The notes: generated by a model from the sequence alone, not told the origin. Positions 50,001-58,213 are shown, numbered from the stretch's first letter. The stretch: 64,000 nt of DNA from Candidatus Aminicenantes bacterium UBA2190 (GCA_002335385.1 DCVK01000021.1:137635-201634), one strand, 5' to 3'. Made by a program: numbers and translations.

Positions 50001-50253
50001 GCCCCGGGAGATGGAAAAGATCTTCTACGTGGGCGCGGTGAAGCTGTTCGCCCGCCAATGCGGCTGGCGCAAGGCCGAGGTTTTCGCCGACCGCGTGCAG
50101 TTCGACGCCGGCCGCGAGACGGCGCTGCCGGCGGGCAGGGCCTTCGTCGTGCCGGGGCTGAAGCATCTGGAGGGCGGCAACTTCGAGCTGGAGTTCTCCG
50201 GGCTGGACGGGTTTCTGGCGCTCGAGAAAGGGCTCAAGAGGCTATTCCAATAA
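47062..50253 (+). CDS. mfd: transcription-repair coupling factor Mfd
   Basis: RNAP-interacting, UvrB-homology, and superfamily-2 helicase motifs (Walker A GDVSFGKTEV, DEEQRFG, TRG-like C-terminus). Start could be 47071 if the mRNA is leaderless (see findings). Confidence 0.9.
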   Translation: MKLMVETLFSPVFWQKLDSRRRRIEVASIDREARELAVAAVFVHFNESVVWLVGENEPLEEKKEKLAQWLKLLGNEGAPIHSHLLPFEDPYINAVADPRRIADKQRLQVDMAAGSKMIVLSTPAALSIRLERPGGRDKALQLGAGDLWERGELIEKLTALGYQARAAVEIAGDLAWRGNVLDVFPVAGEQPVRLEFEGRRLASLRTFDLESQRSTGTIAAVLVGENRYASGSAGADAAFLTDLLPGCRLLASNWRRLEDEYGKLLDNFRRIREAVAGRRGKVPEVGELFPFPVAAQRLIDLADFAADPRALPEVRVLPKALAGLNDDDIGDLQRRSEHGWRLLAFAADARLLENLRVRLPRLECHFFNIPCSFENPLLRLACLTGRNFLLPAREEPARRVPAEEELREMAEGDWVVHRRHGIGRFAGFTRLRLEGAAGEFLKIEYLDREYLYVPLHELEVLKRYSGSEGAAPALDRLGGRTWQAKTARARKAIVQYTRELLDLYAMRKSVRKTALAAVPELEEKLQQDFRFVETEDQKQAIARVLADMEADFPMDRLVCGDVSFGKTEVALRAALRAMANGRQAAFLCPTTILALQHFRNFERRLAAFPLRLGMLSRLVSGAGKKRVLAGLKSGAIDLVVGTHSLLASGVEFKRLGLFIVDEEQRFGVFQKEKLKKGRENIDVLTLSATPIPRTLSMAMSGLQDISLIQSPPLGRLAIRNYVGLFSRQVVVSAVLNEVERDGAVFVVHNNIEHIFRFRDQLASWLPDVPIVVIHAQMPTAAIEKNLMDFIAGKFRVLLSTTIIENGIDIPRVNTMIVLNADRLGLTQMYQLRGRIGRSTRQAYAYFLVDDRKGGVSELAKKRLAGIREFSELGAGYKLAEFDLHLRGAGALLGNRQHGHVEALGYDYFLELLRQTIRGLKGDTSEERELALRVHFPYAVGEDYIAGTAERIAAYRRVLEAGDAFELRALRDELGDRYGQMPREMEKIFYVGAVKLFARQCGWRKAEVFADRVQFDAGRETALPAGRAFVVPGLKHLEGGNFELEFSGLDGFLALEKGLKRLFQ

Positions 50254-50257
50254 TTAA

Positions 50258-50430
50258 GTGACAGTGTCAGTGTCAGCAGGAAGCATTCAGGGCAATCAAT
50301 GACAGGGAAAGTTTAAGTGTTTGCAGGAGGTTCAAGAAGTCAAAAATAAAGCGAAAGTCAGCGGAAATTATTGGCCTTAAAGGATTTCGGTTATTTCTCT
50401 TGCTGACACTGTCACTGACACTGACACTGT
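50258..50430. repeat. inverted pair of E-type (CTGACA)n hexamer arrays flanking a ~115-bp spacer
   Basis: 50258-50280 GTGACAGTGTCAGTGTCAGCAGG in reverse orientation. 50397-50430 CTTGCTGACACTGTCACTGACACTGACACTGTTA forward. Lies between convergent mfd and a small minus-strand gene. Confidence 0.65.
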
Positions 50431-50447
50431 TACCGGAACTGGAAGAG

Positions 50448-50810
50448 CTAAGGCTTGGTGATCTCCAGGGTCTCCTTCTGCAGTCCGTGCTTCGGGCACT
50501 TCCTGAGGACGCGGATCTCCCCCTTGTCCTTTCCGGTCAAGGAGACGACCAGGTCGAGCCGGTAGACGCCTTCCTCCGTCAGTTCCCACTGGCCCCGCTT
50601 TTCGATCTTCAGCCCTTCCGTTTCCAGGATCGTCTCCGCGATGGCTACCGGGCAGCGCCGGTGTATGCACTCGACGAACAATTTCACCTGGAACTGGTCC
50701 GCTTTGCCCTTGACCAGCGGTCCGGTCTCGCTGTAGACGTAGCAGGGAAGCAGTTGCGACATGCTCCCCATGACCAGCAGCGTCATTATCAATAATATGG
50801 GTCGTTTCAT
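50448..50810 (-). CDS. small secreted/lipoprotein-like Cys-containing hypothetical protein
   Basis: Signal peptide MKRPILLIMTLLVMGSMSQLLPC. 120 aa with 4 Cys. Confidence 0.5.
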   Translation of the reverse strand: MKRPILLIMTLLVMGSMSQLLPCYVYSETGPLVKGKADQFQVKLFVECIHRRCPVAIAETILETEGLKIEKRGQWELTEEGVYRLDLVVSLTGKDKGEIRVLRKCPKHGLQKETLEITKP

Positions 50811-50861
50811 GTTATTCCTTATACGTTAGACAATTGCGTCCGATTTTTCTTGCGTTCCAGA

Positions 50862-50980
50862 GAGTGTCAGTGACAGTGTCAGTGCCAGCAAGAGAAGCGA
50901 ACGAAATCGGAAAATATAGCAACCAATTCATTTTTTTCTTGCTGTCACTGCCACTGACACTGTCACTGTCAGTGGCAATA
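50862..50980. repeat. E-type palindromic element: reversed (CTGACA)n arm, ~45-bp spacer, forward arm
   Basis: AGTGTCAGTGACAGTGTCAGTGCCAGCAAGAG...TTTCTTGCTGTCACTGCCACTGACACTGTCACTGTCAGTGGC. Imperfect ~30-bp arms. Confidence 0.65.
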
Positions 50981-50990
50981 CGTTGAATTG

Positions 50991-51797
50991 CTATTCCTTC
51001 AGCCTGACCCATATCCCGGCCGCGGCGTCCTCTTCGTCGCGGCGCACCTCGAAGTCGGGGAGCGACTTGATCAGCGACGACAGCTGGCGCTGGCCGAAGC
51101 TGCGCGGGTCGAAGCCGGGGTCGAGCTGCTGCAGCGCCTTGCCCATCGGCCCCAGGTTGGCCCAGCCGTTCTCCTGCACCGCCATCTCGAAGGCTTCGCG
51201 CAGCAGCGGCATGGGATCGGTGCCGGCGTAGAGCGCCTGCGGCGGCGGTGGCGGTTGCGGCGGCTGCTCCTGCGGCCCCGTCTTGCGGCTGCCGCCGCGG
51301 CCGCGGTCGCGCCCGCGCTCCTGGCGCTGCTGGCTTTCGCGGCGCGGCGCCAGGTTCTCGGTGTAGATGAAGATATCGCAGGCGTTGACGAACGACTTGG
51401 GGGTCTTTTTCTGGCCGATGCCCATGACGAAGAAGCCCTCCTCGCGGATGCGCGTCGCCAGGCGCGTGTAGTCGCTGTCCGAGGAGATGATGCAGAAGCC
51501 CTCGACGAAGCGGCGGTGCATGATGTCCATGGCGTCGATGATCAGGGCGCTGTCGGTGGCGTTCTTGCCCACGGTGTAGCGGAACTGCTGGATGGGCTGC
51601 ACGGCGTGCATGTGCAGCGCCTCCTTCCAGGAGTGCATGCTGGACGTGGTCCAGTCGCCGTAGATGCGGCGGATGGTCACCGATCCGTGCTTGCCCACTT
51701 CGGCCAGCATCTTGGGCAGCAGCGAGGCCTGGGCGTTGTCGCCGTCGATGAGGACGGCCATCTTGGTGTCCTTGTTTTCTATGTTGGGTTGAGCCAT
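50991..51797 (-). CDS. NYN-domain (PIN-like nuclease) protein with C-terminal OST-HTH/LOTUS domain
   Basis: VLIDGDNA...RIYGDW NYN signature with Asp cluster. Gln/Pro-rich linker, then a LOTUS-like helical C-terminus (LLREAFEMAV...LIKSLPDFEV). Confidence 0.75.
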   Translation of the reverse strand: MAQPNIENKDTKMAVLIDGDNAQASLLPKMLAEVGKHGSVTIRRIYGDWTTSSMHSWKEALHMHAVQPIQQFRYTVGKNATDSALIIDAMDIMHRRFVEGFCIISSDSDYTRLATRIREEGFFVMGIGQKKTPKSFVNACDIFIYTENLAPRRESQQRQERGRDRGRGGSRKTGPQEQPPQPPPPPQALYAGTDPMPLLREAFEMAVQENGWANLGPMGKALQQLDPGFDPRSFGQRQLSSLIKSLPDFEVRRDEEDAAAGIWVRLKE

Positions 51798-51885
51798 TTT
51801 CTCTCCACTAGGTCATTGGCTAATGATTTACTGTAACAGAGATGGGGAGTTTAGTCAAGCTGGGGGGCGGCGTAAGGCGAAGCTC

Positions 51886-51998
51886 AGGGAAAGGCAGAGG
51901 GAAGAGAGAGGGAAGAGAGAGTGGAAAGGCCCTTTCAGGACATCTTTCCCACTTCGTCTTCCCTCTGTCTTTCCCTCACTCTTCCCTCATTCTTCCCT
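51886..51998. repeat. D-type 11-mer (GGGAAGGCAGA / GGGAAGAGAGA) tandem-repeat hairpin
   Basis: Forward arm of ~4 units. Loop CCCTTTCAGGACAT. Reverse-complement arm CTTTCCCACTTCGTCTTCCCTCTGTCTTTCCCTCACTCTTCCC. Lies between the 3' end of the DUF5916 gene and the start of the NYN gene. Confidence 0.65.
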
Positions 51999-52004
51999 GC
52001 ATTT

Positions 52005-54626
52005 CTATAGATTGAAATTGTAGGTGAACTTCACCAGGAACACGTTTGTCGACGGCAGGCGCATCAGGTCGCTGAAGCCGCCGGCCACGTCGAACTCGCC
52101 GCGGCCCAGGTCGCCGGAGCGGCCCTGGCTCCAGACCGCGTACAGGGCGGCTCCCGGGCGGTACTCCCAGCGCAGCACCAGGTTGGAGCGCAGCTCGAGA
52201 ACGCGGAAGTCGGGGTTGGCGAAGGAGTAGACAGCGCCGCCCGCCTCGTTCACCAGGTAGTTGCCGCCCTCGGGGTCGAGGCTGATTTCGCCGGCGGCGA
52301 AGGGGCGCAGCTGGTCGTGGATCGAGCCGGCGCGGGGATCGACGACGCGGCGGAAGCCGGCGTAGCGGCCGTTGCTCAGGAAGGGCTGGCCGTAAAACTG
52401 GATGGAGAGGTCGGGGGTGAGGCAGTAGTTCAGGCGCAGGGTCACGTAGTAGGTGTCCTGCTCGATCGTGCCCAGGATATAGCGGCTCTCGCCGCCGATC
52501 TCGGGGGCGGCCACGTACTGCCTGAGGTTGCGGTTGTAGGAGTAGCCGGGAGTGACGCGCAGCGACAGGCGGCTGCCCGGGCGGTAGGCCAGGGCCAGGC
52601 TGGCCCCGCCGCTCTCGCGCGTGTCGTGATCGGCCCGGTAGATCGAGCCGCTCAGCGAGGCCACGAAGGGGCGGCGCGAGTCGCTGCCCAGGCCGTACCA
52701 GACGTTCCAGCCGGGATCAAAGCGCAGCGCCGGGCCGCCGCGCAGGGCGCCGGGCGAGAGGTTGGGCCCCTGGCGGTTGATGCCGGCGTTGACGCTCCAG
52801 TAGTTCTTCAGCTCGCCCCAGAAATTGACGTTGCCGCCGACGAAGATCGGCTCCATGCCGAAGTCGTATCCCTTCCAGCCGTTGAGGTTGATGCCCAGTT
52901 GGTTGAAGATCCAGGTCGGCTTGCGGATGCGGTAGCCGGCCCAGCCCCAGGCCATGGCGGCGTCGCTCCTCCCCAGGTAGCCCATGTCGTTGAGCTCCAG
53001 GCCAGGCGAGCGCCAGGTCAGGCCTCCGGCCCAGTTGATCCCGGTCCCGGCGCTGCGCCCCAGCTCCAGGTTGCCGCCCCAGCCGCCAAGCGAGGTGCGC
53101 GTCGGGTCGAATTCCAGGTAGTCGGCGTCAGGACGCTGAAAGTAGCGGACCGGGGACTTCTGCGTGCGCTCGATCGCCTCGGCGTTTCCTCGCACCAGGC
53201 TGAAGACGGTCTTGGCCGAGACGTGGAAGCGGCGGTTCTTCCAGCTGTGGTAGATGTCGACGCCGCCGCTGTAGGCCTGGCGGTGGAGGAAGTCGAGCTG
53301 CGGGTCGCTGATGTCGCGGTGGACCGCGGTGACCATGGCGCCGAGCACGGTCTTGCCCTCGTTGAGATCCTGCTGGGCGCGCAGCATGAAGTAGTTGGTC
53401 AGCGGTTCCACCGTCTCGTTGCGGTTCCCGCCCGAAAAGGCGATGGCTGCGCTCTCGCGGGCGGTCAGCGCGTCCAGCACGCCGAGCGACAGGCCGCGGC
53501 GCGTCTTGCCGGTGACCTTGAAGGCGCCCAGGATCGAGGTCGCCGTGGGCATGTCGAGGTACTCGCCGGGGCCGGTCTCTGGCCAATGGCGCGGGGCGCG
53601 GCCGACGCGGCGCGAGTAGAAGAGGTTGTCCATGCTGAAGTCGCCGTCGCCGCCCATGATCTGGAAATTCAGGATGCTCTTGCCTTCGGTGAAGAAGGGG
53701 CGCTTCTCCTGGAAGAAGGTCTCGTAGGCCGTCAGGTTGACCACCGAGGGGTCGGCCTCGACCTGGCCGAAATCGGGGTTGAGGGTGAAGTCGAGGGTCA
53801 GGTCGCTGCTCAGACCGACCTTGCCGTCGAGACCGCCGAGCAGGGCGCCGCTGCGGCCGTCGGCGAACGGGTTGCCCGCCTGGCGCGGCGACAGCGTTGC
53901 CTGTGCCACGGTGTAGGGGACGATCTCCACCTGGTGCTGGGCGCGGATGCCCTTCAGCCCCTCGAGAACGCCGAAACTGCTGACGAACCCCGGCGCCTCC
54001 TTGGGGATGTACTGCCAGGAGGAGATCTCCTGCCGGCGGTGGAGCAGGCGCCGCACCTGGAAGCCGAAGGCGACGTTTTCGCCCGCGGCGAAGCGCAGCT
54101 GGCTGAAGGGGATGGCCATCTCGGCCGTCCAGCCGCGGTCGTCCATGGCGGCGGCCGCGTCCCAGACCGGGTCCCAGGTGGAGTCCTGGTTGTTGCTGTC
54201 GCCCGAGAGGGTGACGTCGGCCTTGACGCCGGCGGCGTTGACCTTGAAGCCCAGGGCGGTGCGCTTGTCGAAGTAGCTGTCGATCAGGACCGCCACGTAG
54301 TCGCCGTCGATCTCGTCGCGGCGCGAGATGCGGCGCCCGATCTTTCCCGACTCGTTGTCGTGGCAGCGGACCAGCACGTACAGGTGCTTGTCGTCGAACA
54401 TCACCTTGAACTCGGTGGGCTCGCCCGGGGCGGCGCCGCAGTCGGGCTCGCTCTGGGTGAAGCCGCCGCTCCACTCTGCCTTCTGCCAGCAAGGGTCGTC
54501 GCCGCGGCCGTCGATCGCCGGCGCGTGGGGATTGATATGCTTGCAGGTGTAGACTTTCTTTTCCGCGGCGTCGAGCGCCGCCAGGCCCAGCAGGGCCATC
54601 AACAACGCGAACAGCGCTTTCTTCAT
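52005..54626 (-). CDS. large secreted outer-membrane-associated protein, DUF5916 / carbohydrate-binding (CBM9-like) family
   Basis: Signal peptide MKKALFALLMALLGLAALDA with GGAGG RBS. About 870 aa with a C-terminal beta-barrel-like region ending in aromatic-rich ...VKFTYNFNL. The ORF-track N-terminal extension beyond 54626 is repeat-derived and spurious. Confidence 0.7.
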   Translation of the reverse strand: MKKALFALLMALLGLAALDAAEKKVYTCKHINPHAPAIDGRGDDPCWQKAEWSGGFTQSEPDCGAAPGEPTEFKVMFDDKHLYVLVRCHDNESGKIGRRISRRDEIDGDYVAVLIDSYFDKRTALGFKVNAAGVKADVTLSGDSNNQDSTWDPVWDAAAAMDDRGWTAEMAIPFSQLRFAAGENVAFGFQVRRLLHRRQEISSWQYIPKEAPGFVSSFGVLEGLKGIRAQHQVEIVPYTVAQATLSPRQAGNPFADGRSGALLGGLDGKVGLSSDLTLDFTLNPDFGQVEADPSVVNLTAYETFFQEKRPFFTEGKSILNFQIMGGDGDFSMDNLFYSRRVGRAPRHWPETGPGEYLDMPTATSILGAFKVTGKTRRGLSLGVLDALTARESAAIAFSGGNRNETVEPLTNYFMLRAQQDLNEGKTVLGAMVTAVHRDISDPQLDFLHRQAYSGGVDIYHSWKNRRFHVSAKTVFSLVRGNAEAIERTQKSPVRYFQRPDADYLEFDPTRTSLGGWGGNLELGRSAGTGINWAGGLTWRSPGLELNDMGYLGRSDAAMAWGWAGYRIRKPTWIFNQLGINLNGWKGYDFGMEPIFVGGNVNFWGELKNYWSVNAGINRQGPNLSPGALRGGPALRFDPGWNVWYGLGSDSRRPFVASLSGSIYRADHDTRESGGASLALAYRPGSRLSLRVTPGYSYNRNLRQYVAAPEIGGESRYILGTIEQDTYYVTLRLNYCLTPDLSIQFYGQPFLSNGRYAGFRRVVDPRAGSIHDQLRPFAAGEISLDPEGGNYLVNEAGGAVYSFANPDFRVLELRSNLVLRWEYRPGAALYAVWSQGRSGDLGRGEFDVAGGFSDLMRLPSTNVFLVKFTYNFNL

Positions 54627-54708
54627 CGTCGTCCTCCTCGGGATCGGGATCGTACCTGCCTGGTAATACTTGGGATTGGGGGGAGAGGTAACAGGAAAGC
54701 CAGTCCAG

Positions 54709-54845
54709 TCACAGTGACGAGTGACAAGTGACGAGTGACGAGGAGCGGGCAAAGAAGAGAGACTCAAGGGAAGGCAGAGGGAAGGCAGAGGGAAGAAGGA
54801 GGGAAGAGAGAGTGGGAAAAGCGGGAAGCGGAGGGAAAAGAGGAT
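54709..54845. repeat. AGTGACG heptamer x4 (I-type) followed by D-type GGGAAGGCAGA 11-mer x4
   Basis: CACAGTGACGAGTGACAAGTGACGAGTGACGAGG...AAGGGAAGGCAGAGGGAAGGCAGAGGGAAGAAGGAGGGAAGAGAGAG. Single arms upstream of gene 54921. Confidence 0.6.
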
Positions 54846-54920
54846 GTCGGGAGGCCCGGGATCAGGACTTTCATTATTTCCGGTTCGGGAGTACCATCTT
54901 GCCGGCAAGGAGGAACACGA

Positions 54921-55193
54921 ATGGCTTATGAAGCGGAAGGAAGAAAGATCGCCGCCGACCTGCGTGCGCAGTGCGGCAAGCTGCTGGAGGCGCGCCTGGA
55001 GTCGAAGAGCCCCAGCCGCATCGTCCTGGCCTTCGAGAAACAGACCATCACCCTGCCGGGCAATTTCATTTTCCAGTTCGGCTATGCGGGATCCGGGCCC
55101 GATTGCTTTCACGCGTTCCTCCAGGAGTCGGGTTTCAGCGTGACCAAGGAGCAGGTCACCGGGGCCAAAGAGGGCGATATTCTGAAGCCCTGA
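54921..55193 (+). CDS. small hypothetical protein (90 aa)
   Basis: AAGGAGG RBS 7 nt upstream. No recognisable motif. Confidence 0.5.
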   Translation: MAYEAEGRKIAADLRAQCGKLLEARLESKSPSRIVLAFEKQTITLPGNFIFQFGYAGSGPDCFHAFLQESGFSVTKEQVTGAKEGDILKP

Positions 55194-55204
55194 AAGAAAA
55201 GATC

Positions 55205-55337
55205 TTCTAAAGGCAAAAGGCCAAAGGAAAAAGGCAAAAGTGAAGAAAGATATCTATCGAGTGCTCTCTGCAACCACTATCACTACCGCTCAAGTCTCGT
55301 TTGCTTTCTTGCTGACACTGACACTGTCACTGACACT
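55205..55337. repeat. A-type AAGGCAAAAG module, F-type CCACTA hexamer x4 module, and E-type (CTGACA)4 module in series
   Basis: AGGCAAAAGGCCAAAGGAAAAAGGCAAAAGTGAAG ... CAACCACTATCACTACCGCT ... CTTGCTGACACTGACACTGTCACTGACACT. The E module ends 21 nt before the RBS of gene 55359. Confidence 0.65.
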
Positions 55338-55358
55338 TAGAATAAATAAGGAGGAATC

Positions 55359-56072
55359 ATGGATCCGCTGGTCAGCCAGGTACGCCGGGAGCTGAGGGAG
55401 AATACCGACGAGAAGAAGCGCCGGGGGGCCCAGGCCTATTTCAAGGAGGGGGTGACCTGCCTGGGCGTGGGCACGGCGACCGTTCACCGCATCGCCCGGG
55501 AGAGGATCGCCGATCTCAAGGGCATGACCAAGGGGGAGGTCTTCGGGCTGTGCGAGGAGCTGTGGCGCGCGGGGAGCCTCGAGGAGACGATCGTGGCCTG
55601 CGACTGGTCGTACTTCATCCGCCGGCAATACGTCCCCGGGGACATCACGGTGTTTGCCGGGTGGGTCGGCAAATACGTGAACAATTGGGCGTCATGCGAC
55701 ACGCTGTGCAATCACTCGGTCGGGGAACTCCTGGAGATGTACCCGGAGCGCGTGGCCGATCTGAAGCAATGGGCCCGGTCGAGGAACCGCTGGCTGCGGC
55801 GCGGGGCCGCCGTGTCGCTGATCATCCCGGCCAAGAAGGGAAAGTTCCCGGACGACGTCATGCAGATCGCCGACATCCTGCTCGAAGATCCGGACGACCT
55901 GGTGCAGAAGGGCTACGGCTGGATGCTGAAGGTGGCCAGCCAGGCGCGGCAGAAGGAGATCTATGCCTACGTGATGCGCAACAAAGCGGCCATGCCGCGA
56001 ACGGCCCTGCGCTATGCCATCGAGAAGATGCCGGCCGAATTGAAACGGCGGGCGATGAAGAAGCAGGCATGA
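55359..56072 (+). CDS. DNA alkylation repair enzyme (AlkD/AlkC-like HEAT-repeat glycosylase family)
   Basis: N-terminal ...RGAQAYFKEG...GVGTATVHRIARE typical of PF08713. HEAT-like helical repeats throughout. Confidence 0.75.
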   Translation: MDPLVSQVRRELRENTDEKKRRGAQAYFKEGVTCLGVGTATVHRIARERIADLKGMTKGEVFGLCEELWRAGSLEETIVACDWSYFIRRQYVPGDITVFAGWVGKYVNNWASCDTLCNHSVGELLEMYPERVADLKQWARSRNRWLRRGAAVSLIIPAKKGKFPDDVMQIADILLEDPDDLVQKGYGWMLKVASQARQKEIYAYVMRNKAAMPRTALRYAIEKMPAELKRRAMKKQA

Positions 56073-56083
56073 AGGGAAGTTCT

Positions 56084-56225
56084 CAAGGGAAGGCAGAGGA
56101 AAGAAACAGATGAGGTTCGAAGTTCGACGTTCGACGTTTAAGAATAAAGCGAGAGGAGAAAGGCTATAACACTTGGATCTCGCTTATGTTCTTGCTGACA
56201 CGGACACTGCCACTGACACTGTCCT
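56084..56225. repeat. D-type unit, C-type GTTCGAA/GTTCGAC heptamer x4, and E-type (CTGACA)n module
   Basis: CTCAAGGGAAGGCAGAGG ... GAGGTTCGAAGTTCGACGTTCGACGTTT ... CTTGCTGACACGGACACTGCCACTGACACTGTCC. A TATAAT box (56248-56253) lies between the E module and the RBS of gene 56297. Confidence 0.65.
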
Positions 56226-56296
56226 GAAATAAAATCCATTTCCGCATATAATGCTGGCGTGCTCCGCTCCCGGGGGCGGGGAACAAGGAGGAGCAA

Positions 56297-56857
56297 ATGG
56301 TGACATTGTTTTCATTGTGGCTGCCGATCGTCGTGGCGGCCGTTGTCGTGTTCATCGCCAGCTCGGTCATCCACATGGCGCTGCCCTGGCACAAGAAGGA
56401 CATGATCAAGGTGCCCGGGGAGGACGAGGTGCGCGAGGCGCTGCGCAAGTTCGCCATCCCGCCCGGGGACTACGGCGTCCCCCACGCCGGCTCGATGAAG
56501 GAGGGGAGCTCGCCGGAGTTCACCGCCAAGCTGAACGAGGGGCCGGTGCTGTTCATGTCGGTGGCCAGGAACGGCCCGCCCAACATGGCGCTCAGCTTCG
56601 TCTTCTGGTTCCTCTACTTGCTGGTCGTCGGCAAGCTCACGGCCTACGTCGCCTGCCTGGCGCTGCCCGCCGGCGCCGCCTTCCTGCCTGTCTTCCGTCT
56701 CACCGGCGCTGTGGCCTTCGCCGGTTACTCCCTGGCCCTGCTGCAGCGGCCCATCTGGTACGGCGGCAGCTGGTGCGCGACCCTCAAGTCGGTGTTCGAC
56801 GGCCTGGTCTACGCTTTGCTGACCGCCGCCGTCTTCGGCTGGCTGTGGCCGCGCTGA
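56297..56857 (+). CDS. hypothetical integral membrane protein
   Basis: About 5 predicted TM segments. GGAGG RBS. Confidence 0.5.
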   Translation: MVTLFSLWLPIVVAAVVVFIASSVIHMALPWHKKDMIKVPGEDEVREALRKFAIPPGDYGVPHAGSMKEGSSPEFTAKLNEGPVLFMSVARNGPPNMALSFVFWFLYLLVVGKLTAYVACLALPAGAAFLPVFRLTGAVAFAGYSLALLQRPIWYGGSWCATLKSVFDGLVYALLTAAVFGWLWPR

Positions 56858-56906
56858 GGTGCTTCGGGCATATCTTGTAAACGATACCGGACAATAATCA
56901 GATAAC

Positions 56907-57028
56907 GGGAGGGTTTGAAACCCTCCCCTACGTGAAGATGTTTCTTTTCCTCCTGCAACCACTACCACTATCACTACCACTGATACCTGTAATGCCTCTT
57001 GCTGACACTGACACTGTCACTGACACTG
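56907..57028. repeat. J-type hairpin GGGAGGGTTTGAAACCCTCCC+CTACGTGAAGA, F-type (CCACTA)4, and E-type (CTGACA)4 modules
   Basis: Stem-7/loop-7 hairpin followed by the CTACGTGAAGA tail, as at 57850-57881. The F and E modules are near-identical to those at 55268-55337. Followed by TTGACG...TATATAAT promoter-like boxes before gene 57100. Confidence 0.65.
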
Positions 57029-57099
57029 TTTAGTTGACGCGGTCATACAATGATGCTATATAATAATAACGATGAATTAACGCATCGGGGAGGTGTATC

Positions 57100-57327
57100 A
57101 TGGTCAAGACGCTCAGCAAGCACGGCAACAGCCTGGCCCTGGTCATCGAGAAGCCGGTGCTCGAGCTGCTGGGCGCCGACGCCGCCACTCCCTTCGAAGT
57201 GACCACCGACGGCCGGGCGCTGGTGCTGACGCCGGTGCTCGACCCGCAACGGCAAAAGCGCTTTGCCGCGGCCCTGGACAAGGCGAACAAGAAATATCCC
57301 CGGGCGTTGAAGAAGCTGGCCGAATAG
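57100..57327 (+). CDS. AbrB/MazE/SpoVT-family antitoxin (Phd-like partner of Doc)
   Basis: 75 aa. Swapped-hairpin motif region KHGNSLALVIEKPVLELLG. Stop overlaps the Doc start (TAGATG). Confidence 0.75.
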   Translation: MVKTLSKHGNSLALVIEKPVLELLGADAATPFEVTTDGRALVLTPVLDPQRQKRFAAALDKANKKYPRALKKLAE

Positions 57328-57735
57328 ATGGCCGGCCCCGTTTTCCTGACTTTGGCCGAGGTGTTGGAGATCCATCGCGACCAGATCGGTCGTTACGGGG
57401 GCAGGGAGGGAATCCGCGACCTGGAGCTGCTGCAATCGGCGCTGGCCGTTCCCGCGGCTTCCTTCGCCGGCGGATTCCTGCATGAGGGCCTGCCGGAGAT
57501 GGCCGTCGCATACCTGTTCCACATCGTCCGCGACCATCCCTTCATCGACGGCAACAAGCGCACGGGGGCGGTGGCGGCGCTGGTTTTCCTGCTGCTCAAC
57601 GGCCATGAGCTCCGCGCCCCGGAAGACAAGCTGTTCGAGGCTGTCCTCGCCGTGGCCTCCGGGAAGATGTCCAAGGCCGAGCTGACCCTGTTCTTCCGCC
57701 GCTGGACGAAAAAAGGGCAGGGAAAGAAGAGATAG
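57328..57735 (+). CDS. doc: Doc (death-on-curing) toxin, Fic-fold kinase
   Basis: Fic/Doc motif HPFIDGNKRTG. About 135 aa. Confidence 0.9.
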   Translation: MAGPVFLTLAEVLEIHRDQIGRYGGREGIRDLELLQSALAVPAASFAGGFLHEGLPEMAVAYLFHIVRDHPFIDGNKRTGAVAALVFLLLNGHELRAPEDKLFEAVLAVASGKMSKAELTLFFRRWTKKGQGKKR

Positions 57736-57762
57736 GACGGGATTAGAACCTGTTTCCGCATC

Positions 57763-57945
57763 GGGCGGGCACGGGGGCCCGCCCCTACGGAAATATTGCG
57801 GCAGGCTTACACCCCAAGGAGGTTAAACCCTCCTTACATGGAAAAATGCGGGAGGGTCACAGACCCTCCCCTACGTGAAGAGACAATGGGAACCTGCCGG
57901 TGTAGTCCTCCAGCTCTTGCTGACACTGACACTGTCACTGACACT
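57763..57945. repeat. three consecutive GC-stem hairpins each followed by CTACG (J-type), then an E-type (CTGACA)4 module
   Basis: GGGCGGGCACGGGGGCCCGCCC-CTACGG. AAGGAGGTTAAACCCTCCTT. GGGAGGGTCACAGACCCTCCC-CTACGTGAAGA. CTTGCTGACACTGACACTGTCACTGACACT at 57915-57945. Confidence 0.65.
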
Positions 57946-58213
57946 TTCTTCAATATTTTGAATTTTTTATAACAAAATAAAATATCACATTTTTCCCTAT
58001 TGTCTCCTTGTCCGCCAAAAACTATAATTTTCTCTTGATCACCCGATGGACGCTAAAGGAATTCATCCTCCCCTGCGAAGCTTCCCCAGGCCACCGGCGG
58101 GAGCTTGGGAAAATATTAAGGAAAGCACCTTTAAATAAATCATATAAGCGGGGCGGCAGATGGATAGCGGATCAGCGGTCCGCCCCGAAAATTATTAGGA
58201 AGGAGGACAGGAA

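Noticed and set aside
52005-55112. N-terminal extension of the DUF5916 protein to 1035 aa
   Set aside because: The extra 160 aa are translated from the tandem-repeat region (SLPLSSLPAPRHSSLVTRHC...). A canonical signal peptide with a GGAGG RBS begins at 54626.
54630-58213. Integron-like cassette array (repeat elements between promoter-proximal single genes)
   Set aside because: No intI in the window. The repeats lack the RYYYAAC / GTTRRRY core sites and the ~60-130-bp attC geometry. Module order varies between spacers.
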